Source: Candidatus Dormiibacterota bacterium (GTDB lineage Bacteria; Chloroflexota; Dormibacteria; Dormibacterales; Dormibacteraceae). Taken from it: a DNA stretch of 37,545 bases. The position numbers and the translations under genes were made by a program. Positions 32,360 through 37,545 of the stretch are shown piece by piece. The notes beneath the pieces were generated by a model that saw nothing but the letters and a program-made list of their open reading frames with translations, made no database searches and was not told the origin of the DNA. Position 1 is the first letter of the stretch, and each line of letters opens with the position of its first letter. The stretch is taken from positions 1 to 37,545 of the forward strand of contig DATCPJ010000013.1 in the NCBI GenBank assembly GCA_036570145.1. The letters run 5' to 3'.

Positions 32360-34039
32360 CTAGACGAGCAGTGCGCCTTCTCGCGATAGGATCCGGCGCG
32401 CCACTGCCACCGCGCTGGCGTAGGTCGAATCCATCCCCCGGTAGCTGAGGCCTCGCGCGCCGAGCGTTCGCGCCTGGGTGTAGGGCGTGTCCGACGCGTA
32501 GTGGACGATGCCGAGGTCGAAGCCGAGCCGGGTCATGTTGACGTTCTCGCCGACGGGGTGGCGGCCGGGCATCGAGGCCTCGTAGCAGGCATCGAGGAAG
32601 GGGCCCGCCTCCATCTCCACCACCGTGTAGCGGCCCTGGTAATAGAACTCGAGGTAGTCGCGGTTCTGCAGGAAGGTCCCCCGCACGGTCACGGCGCGCT
32701 GGTTGTCGAGCGCCGAGCCGTAGACCAGGTGTGGCTGCACGTCCGCCGCGGTGAAGCAGTTCTCCATCCAGTAGGTGTTGTCGGAATGCTCGTCGTAGAC
32801 GGAGTTGCAGATCATCACGTCGCCGACGGAGGCGTTGAGCGTCGCCGCCTTGCCCATGACGTAGACACCGCGGAGGCTGCCGACCTGCTCGGCAACCTCA
32901 CGGAGCAGGTAGTAGGACGCGAAACCGAGCGGGTAGTCGATGTTGACGATCGCGGCGTCGGACGCCTTGAGCGCTAGGGGATCGACCTTGCCCACGCGGG
33001 GGTCGAAGCAGGTCGGGTCCAGCTCGGCGAGCTTGAACACCTGGGCCGAGGACTCGGCCACCCCCGCCCGGGCCTTGATGTGGCGGATCCCGCCCTCCTT
33101 CTCGAGCTTGGTGCGGATCCGGCTGTAGTCACCTTTCTTGGCGTGGCTGTCGAACAGCACCCGGGCGGCGAAGTAAAGCCAGTTGTCGCGGGAAGCGGAG
33201 ATCTCGCCGGCCTCGATGTGGCCGAGCTCGCTGAAGAGCTCGGGGTCGTGCTCGCGGATGTACTCGGTGATCTCGCCTTCGAGCCGGCGCGCCACGCCGG
33301 AGAGGACGTTGACCAGGCTGTGCAGGTTGGACGAGACGAAATAGACGGGCGAACCGTTGAGGCCCATCTCGTGCATCGCGGTGCCCATCGGCTGCCACCA
33401 GCGGTGCGCGCCGCGGGCGTAGCCCACGTCGGTGCTCCCGATCGTTCGCAGGGTCATCTCGCAGAGCCTCTCGCGCACCGCGTCGAGCGTGTCCTGGAAG
33501 CCGAACGTCCAGGCCTGCTGGAGCCGGACCCAGTCCTCCTCGGTGGCGCCGATCGCCTCCCGTTCGGCTCCCTTGGGAACGTGCTGCAGGAGCGTGTGCA
33601 TCTTGTTCCACTCCAGCTGGTAGGCGACCAGGGTCGGCACCAGGTCGTCGACGTCGGAGGCCGAGGCGATCAGCGCCGCGATGGTCTCGACGCCGTCGTG
33701 GTACCAGCGCCTTCGCCGCGCCGGCGCCTCCACCTTCTGCCAGCTGAGGATGTCCACCTGGAGCTCGGCGCGGATCGAGCCCGAGCTCTGGCCGAGCACC
33801 ACCCTGCGGCAGTGCGCGATCGCCGCGGGCAGCCGTCGGGCGGCGTAGATGAGGGCGCCCATGTCGACCTTCGGCTCTGCCGCGAGCGGGTGGAGCGAGC
33901 TCTGCATGCCGATGTGCGCCTGCTGGAGGGCTTCGATCCGGATCTCGCCCGAGCTCTGCAGCATCGTCGTGTAGGTCCGCACGTAGAGCTCAACCGCGTG
34001 CCGTCCACTCGAGCCGAGGCGCAGCGGCGAGCGTTCCAT
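32360..34039 (-). CDS. hypothetical 559-aa protein with a C-terminal nucleoside phosphorylase / AMP nucleosidase-like (PNP_UDP_1-like) domain and an unassigned N-terminal region of about 330 aa
   Basis: It is a long clean ORF with high GC3. The C-terminal segments AIVNIDYPLGFASYY...GVYVMGKAATLNASVGDVMICNSVYDE...VRGTFLQNRD...YTVVEMEAGPF...GIVHYASDTPY line up by eye with the catalytic-domain pattern of E. coli Amn/PNP-fold enzymes. I do not recognise the N-terminal region. Confidence 0.65.
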   Translation of the reverse strand: MERSPLRLGSSGRHAVELYVRTYTTMLQSSGEIRIEALQQAHIGMQSSLHPLAAEPKVDMGALIYAARRLPAAIAHCRRVVLGQSSGSIRAELQVDILSWQKVEAPARRRRWYHDGVETIAALIASASDVDDLVPTLVAYQLEWNKMHTLLQHVPKGAEREAIGATEEDWVRLQQAWTFGFQDTLDAVRERLCEMTLRTIGSTDVGYARGAHRWWQPMGTAMHEMGLNGSPVYFVSSNLHSLVNVLSGVARRLEGEITEYIREHDPELFSELGHIEAGEISASRDNWLYFAARVLFDSHAKKGDYSRIRTKLEKEGGIRHIKARAGVAESSAQVFKLAELDPTCFDPRVGKVDPLALKASDAAIVNIDYPLGFASYYLLREVAEQVGSLRGVYVMGKAATLNASVGDVMICNSVYDEHSDNTYWMENCFTAADVQPHLVYGSALDNQRAVTVRGTFLQNRDYLEFYYQGRYTVVEMEAGPFLDACYEASMPGRHPVGENVNMTRLGFDLGIVHYASDTPYTQARTLGARGLSYRGMDSTYASAVAVARRILSREGALLV

Positions 34040-34141
34040 CCCGGCCAGTCTATGACGGTCCTCGCCGTCGGCCGACCCGCGGCCTTACAAAAGCTTTACC
34101 TGCAAACCGTTCCCTCTCTGACACCAGCAGGGCATCCTGGG

Positions 34142-34828
34142 ATGGAAATGAGGACCCCACGCTTCCTTCGCATCGCAATCCCCGTCGTCGGCGCCCTTCT
34201 CGTAGCCGGCGGCGCGATCGCCATCACCGCTTCGGCGGCCGGGCTCAGGGTCGGCTCACCCCTCGCTGCCACCGCCACTCCTTCGCCCAAGCCCAGCGCC
34301 GGTACCGCGGCCGGCAACGCCGGTGGCAGGGCCGCCGCCTGCCAGGCCTACCTCGGCCACCTGGCGACCCAGCTCGGCGTAAGCCAGTCGAAGCTCGATG
34401 CGGCGAGCGCCGCCGCACTCAAGGCCACCATCCAGGACCAGGTCACCAATGGCAAGCTCACCCAGGCCCAGGCCGACAAGATCGAGGCCAAGCTGCCGGC
34501 GACGGGCCTCTGCTCGGCGGCGGTCAATGGGCTCGGCAGGACCAGGGCCGCAGCCGCGGCGGGCGCCTATCTCACGGCTGCGGCCGGAGCTCTCGGCGTG
34601 ACCGAGGCGGAGCTCAGGCAGGACCTCAAGAACGGCCAGACGCTCTCCCAGGTGGCGGCAGCCAAGAACGTCACCGAGGCCGACTTCAAGGCAAAGGTCG
34701 TCGCCGCGCTGAAGACCAGGCTCGATGCCGCGGTCAGCGCCAAGACGATCACCCAGGCCCAGGAAGATGCCCAGCTGGCGAAGCTGCAGGCCGGCGATCC
34801 TCCCCTCTGGAACAAGGTCCACAAGTAG
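34142..34828 (+). CDS. secreted/anchored Ala-rich helical repeat protein, hypothetical
   Basis: This is the last 228 codons of ORF 33080..34828, from the ATG at 34142. It has the signal/TM segment RFLRIAIPVVGALLVAGGAIAITASAAG and then two related LGV[ST].[SA][EK]L...T.AQ.D...AKL modules. Confidence 0.6.
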   Translation: MEMRTPRFLRIAIPVVGALLVAGGAIAITASAAGLRVGSPLAATATPSPKPSAGTAAGNAGGRAAACQAYLGHLATQLGVSQSKLDAASAAALKATIQDQVTNGKLTQAQADKIEAKLPATGLCSAAVNGLGRTRAAAAAGAYLTAAAGALGVTEAELRQDLKNGQTLSQVAAAKNVTEADFKAKVVAALKTRLDAAVSAKTITQAQEDAQLAKLQAGDPPLWNKVHK

Positions 34829-34936
34829 CCGCTCCTGGCTTCCCCCCAGCCGGTCAGGACCGCCCTCCTGCCGGTCCATCCGAGAGGCTCGCCCGTGTGG
34901 CGGGTCTTTCGCTTGTTGCGCATCGACTTAGAGCGG

Positions 34937-35043
34937 GACGCGTAGACCGGGTTTAACCCGGCCGATTGAGTTGTTTTGAATCGACGGAATGCGTCGCGCC
35001 GAGAGGGGGGATTTTGGAAAGGGGGGCCTGCCCCCCTTTGCCC
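34937..35043 (+). repeat. intergenic two-hairpin repeat, family A, copy 2
   Basis: It has the same blocks as copies 1 and 3. Hairpin 1 is GACCGGG/CCCGGCC (34945-34963). Hairpin 2 is AAAGGGGGG-CCTG-CCCCCCTTT (35018-35039). Confidence 0.75.
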
Positions 35044-35051
35044 GTACTACG

Positions 35052-35561
35052 ATGCCGCGGATGGCTGACGAGGGTCTGTCGATCGCTCGCTACTACAAGG
35101 GCTGGGACGCCTACCAGCGGCAGCTGGTGACCGCGTTCACGCCCCTCGAGAGCGCCCACCTCAAGCTCCAGGCGGCGCCGACCCTGTGGTCGATCGGGAT
35201 GCTCGGCAACCACATCGTCGCCACTCGCGCCTGGTGGTTTCACTTTTGGATGAAGGAGGGTGGCGACGAGCTCGCCGACTTTGCCGAGTGGGATGAGGGC
35301 GAAGCGATGGCCGAGCGCTCCGCAGCCGAGATCGTCCGCGGCCTCGAGGCCACCTGGGGCCTGATCGCCTCGCGGCTCTCCGCCTGGACCGCGGCCGACC
35401 TCGCCAAGCAGTTCCAACGACCGGTCCCGAACGACGCCGGCAAGCGGCCGAAGCGGTCGCGGCAGTGGATCATCTGGCACGTGCTCGAGCACGACCTCCA
35501 CCATGGTGGCGAGGTCTCCTTCAGCCTAGGCATGCACGGCCTCGCCGGGATCGACCTCTAG
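35052..35561 (+). CDS. DinB-fold protein (DinB_2/DUF664-like)
   Basis: The four-helix DinB pattern ends in IIWHVLEHDLHHGGEV. I chose the start at ATG 35052 (alternative 35061) because the upstream part of ORF 34989.. is repeat sequence (GDFGKGGLPPFA). Confidence 0.7.
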   Translation: MPRMADEGLSIARYYKGWDAYQRQLVTAFTPLESAHLKLQAAPTLWSIGMLGNHIVATRAWWFHFWMKEGGDELADFAEWDEGEAMAERSAAEIVRGLEATWGLIASRLSAWTAADLAKQFQRPVPNDAGKRPKRSRQWIIWHVLEHDLHHGGEVSFSLGMHGLAGIDL

Positions 35562-35562
35562 C

Positions 35563-35585
35563 GGCGCCGCGAGCGGCGCCTTCTG
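35563..35585 (+). terminator. hairpin after the DinB gene (weak terminator candidate)
   Basis: GGCGCCG (35563-35569), a CGAG loop, CGGCGCC (35574-35580), then TTCTG. The U-tract is poor. Confidence 0.35.
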
Positions 35586-35752
35586 CGACCACGTCACGAC
35601 TAGCGACTTCCGGTTTCATCGCTGAACGCCCCTCCCCTCCTGGCCTGGCGGCGAGGAGGACCTCCCCATGAATGGGGAGGCAAGACTTGCCGACTCGGGT
35701 GGTTTATCGCGGAACGGACATCCCACGCGGGAGGCAGGACCGGGCCGTGTGG

Positions 35753-36130
35753 CTAGGAGTCTTCGGCGGTGGGCGGGCCGCCCATCCGCTTCATGAGCTC
35801 CTCGAGCAGGCGTCTCGTCTCGGGATCGTTCATCACCTGCTCCTGCATCGCCTCAGCGGCGCGCCGGATCTCGGGGTCGCTCATCAGCCGCTCGGCCATG
35901 CCCTCGAACTGACCCGCCATGTCCTTCATCGCGGCCTCCTGGGCGACCTGGATGAGGATCGGCTGGGACGCCGCGGCGACGACCGCCTGGGCCTGCTGCC
36001 GGACCATCTCGATCCCCTTGCAGCCAAGACACTCGCCCTTCATGCCGCAATGGCAGAGCTGGCGGCGCAGCTTGTCGAGGATGACGTGGAGCTCGGAGAG
36101 GTCGGCGCCTCCGCTGCCCGTCATTTCCAT
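35753..36130 (-). CDS. hypothetical helical protein with a CHC-x5-C-x2-C cluster
   Basis: 125 aa with high GC3. The Cys cluster is LCHCGMKGECLGCKG. It is followed by Met/Glu/Ala-rich helices containing two DPE[IT]RR segments. Confidence 0.5.
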   Translation of the reverse strand: MEMTGSGGADLSELHVILDKLRRQLCHCGMKGECLGCKGIEMVRQQAQAVVAAASQPILIQVAQEAAMKDMAGQFEGMAERLMSDPEIRRAAEAMQEQVMNDPETRRLLEELMKRMGGPPTAEDS

Positions 36131-36218
36131 CCCGGAACTAACTGTTTCCAGCCGCGAGTCCTTTCAAACGGGGGCCTCGGAGCTTGCGGCCAGTCCGTCC
36201 CGAGTTGACTCAATGCGT

Positions 36219-36320
36219 GACGCGTAGGCCGGGTTTATCCCGGCCGTTTGAGTTGTCGTGAATCGCCGACCAGTGTGGCGCGGAGGGGGGAGTTCTGGAA
36301 GAGGGGGCCTGCCCCCTCTT
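36219..36320 (+). repeat. intergenic two-hairpin repeat, family A, copy 3
   Basis: Hairpin 1 is GGCCGGG-TTTAT-CCCGGCC (36227-36245). Hairpin 2 is AAGAGGGGG-CCTG-CCCCCTCTT (36299-36320). It ends 2 nt before the greA stop codon. Confidence 0.75.
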
Positions 36321-36322
36321 GC

Positions 36323-36787
36323 TCATTTCACCGACTTGATGGTCAGGTGGAGGGTGCCCTGGGGCACGTTCACGGTTACCTTGTCGCCCTTCTTCTTGCC
36401 CACGATCGCGCGCCCGACCGGCGAGTCCACCGAGATGCGACCCTCGCCGGGATCGCTCTCCACCGCGCCGACCAGGTGGTAGGTCTCGCTGTGCCCGTCC
36501 TCGTCGAGCACCTCGACGGTGGACCCCGGCTCGGCGATATTCGAGTGGTGCTCGTGGATGATCTCGGCGCGGCCGATCATCTCCTCCAGCTCGTAGATGC
36601 GGCCATCGATCAGGCCGACCTCTTCCTTGGCCTGCTCGTACTCCGGGTTGTCCTCGATGTCGCCCGGCTGGAACGCTTCCTTGAGCCGGTCGGCCGCCTC
36701 CACGCGGCGGGCGCGCTGAACCTCGAGCTCGGCTTTGAGCCGCTCGAGCCCCTCGGGAGTCAGAAGTACGGGTTCGGTCAGGTCCAT
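36323..36787 (-). CDS. greA: transcription elongation factor GreA
   Basis: This is the C-terminal 154 codons of ORF 36323..37147, from the ATG at 36785-36787. It has the GreA coiled-coil N-terminus (LTPEGLERLKAELE...DNPEYEQAKEE) and the C-terminal motif ISVDSPVGRAIVGKKKGDKV. Confidence 0.9.
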   Translation of the reverse strand: MDLTEPVLLTPEGLERLKAELEVQRARRVEAADRLKEAFQPGDIEDNPEYEQAKEEVGLIDGRIYELEEMIGRAEIIHEHHSNIAEPGSTVEVLDEDGHSETYHLVGAVESDPGEGRISVDSPVGRAIVGKKKGDKVTVNVPQGTLHLTIKSVK

Positions 36788-36878
36788 GTTTGAAGAAATA
36801 GCCCCCAGCGAGCCTCGTGGTTTCGAGGCGACAAGGAATGATACCGCCTCACCCGGAGCCGCCCTAGCGTCCAGGACA

Positions 36879-37545
36879 CTAGGTGATGGGCACGTCGGTG
36901 CAGAGCGCCCAGGGAAAGAGCTCGGAGCCTGAGTAGCCGCGCCGGCGATCGGTGGAGAGGTCGGCGAGCCGGTCGCCGAGCAGCTCGTAGAAATTGCCCG
37001 CGATCGCCGCGTCCTTGACCCGGTACTGGAGCTCGCCACCGGGCCCGATCGCGAAACCCAGGCCGACATTTGCGGAGAAGTCGCCATTGGCCAGGTTGGA
37101 GCCGTGCATGCCGAGCAGGCTGTCCACCAGCAGCCCGCCCTCGGCACTCGCGAGCAGCCGGTCGAGCGGCAGCCGGCCGCCGGCCATCTCCCAATTGCCG
37201 GCGGCGGGAAAAGGAGCGGTCGAATAGCCGCCGCGGCGGCCGCGACCGGGCCTGACGTCGAGCCGGGCGGCGAAGCGGAGGTCGGCCACGAAGTTCTTCA
37301 GGATGCCCTCCTCGATGATCGGCATCGCGAATGACGGCAGGCCCTCATCGTCGAAGGGCGACCCGGCTCGGCCCGCCTCGGGCCGGCTGTCGTCGCGGAT
37401 GGTGACCTTGCTGCTGAGGACCTGGTCGCCGAGGCGGCCGGTCAGAGGCGATGTCTTCCGATAGACGGCCGCGGCGCCGACCGCGCTGTGGAGTGAGGCG
37501 AGGATCGCGCTCAGGGCGGCGGGTGTGAAGACGACCGGCCGCGGG
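36879..37545 (-). CDS. TldD/PmbA-family protein, C-terminal fragment (5' end outside window)
   Basis: The frame stays open upstream of the listed ATG to the window edge (...GSPFDDEGLPSFAMPIIEEGILKNF...). FDDEG and the G..H.SN...GDFS pattern are typical of TldD/PmbA. Confidence 0.8.
   Translation of the reverse strand, partial: PRPVVFTPAALSAILASLHSAVGAAAVYRKTSPLTGRLGDQVLSSKVTIRDDSRPEAGRAGSPFDDEGLPSFAMPIIEEGILKNFVADLRFAARLDVRPGRGRRGGYSTAPFPAAGNWEMAGGRLPLDRLLASAEGGLLVDSLLGMHGSNLANGDFSANVGLGFAIGPGGELQYRVKDAAIAGNFYELLGDRLADLSTDRRRGYSGSELFPWALCTDVPIT

Noticed and set aside
35628-35680. A hairpin cluster, including the perfect 8-bp CCTCCCCA-TGAA-TGGGGAGG at 35661-35680, as a terminator of the minus-strand Cys-rich gene.
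   Set aside because: No U-tract follows on either strand, and the position is about 70 nt from the stop. It is structured, but I cannot assign a function.
1-37545. A mobile genetic island, prophage or defence island covering all or part of the window.
   Set aside because: I found no integrase, transposase, recombinase, phage structural gene, toxin-antitoxin pair, restriction-modification gene or cas gene. No flanking tRNA is present. Composition looks uniform across the window by eye.
1-37545. rRNA, tRNA, tmRNA or known riboswitches in the intergenic regions.
   Set aside because: The intergenic spacers are short. None shows a cloverleaf-compatible arrangement or motifs of riboswitch classes I can recognise by eye. 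A cmscan run would be needed to be certain.

Overview
High-GC bacterial chromosomal window: third codon positions are almost all G/C, and the non-coding frames carry long Arg/Pro/Gly-rich shadow ORFs. It holds about 45 protein genes. I see no rRNA, tRNA, CRISPR array, transposase or integrase. Lineage cannot be fixed from sequence alone. The sortase, the PspAB-like gene next to htpX, the DinB-fold proteins, the many GTG/TTG starts and the 4-nt GTGA stop/start overlaps suggest a monoderm-type high-GC phylum (Actinomycetota/Chloroflexota-like). Left to right: MFS fragment, DinB, PaaI thioesterase, secreted anchored protein, class A PBP, small 4-Cys ORF, cupin, sortase, YggT, CAP-domain protein, htpX plus a PspAB-like gene, a monocistronic basic-tail protein, LysE, a CDF transporter, haloalkane dehalogenase, RCK K+ channel, livFGMH plus binding protein, a TPR/zincin-like protein, two GNATs, crp-family regulator, fumC, CHAD-ppk1, ppx plus an ABC-2 exporter, DUF47-pit, a membrane protein, a PF04185-like phosphoesterase, a 559-aa orphan with a nucleoside-phosphorylase-like C-terminus, a secreted repeat protein, DinB, a Cys-rich helical protein, greA, and a tldD/pmbA fragment. 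Ordinary gene calling does not explain three things. (i) A roughly 170-205 nt long inverted repeat built from CAC[A/G]AAG heptads occurs twice, each copy just 3' of a minus-strand phosphate or polyphosphate operon. (ii) A roughly 105-110 nt two-hairpin intergenic repeat occurs three times in one orientation, with compensatory base-pair changes in one stem. (iii) A roughly 9.4 kb block of polyphosphate/phosphate genes is flanked by the 559-aa orphan. All family assignments come from reading motifs by eye; no database search was run.
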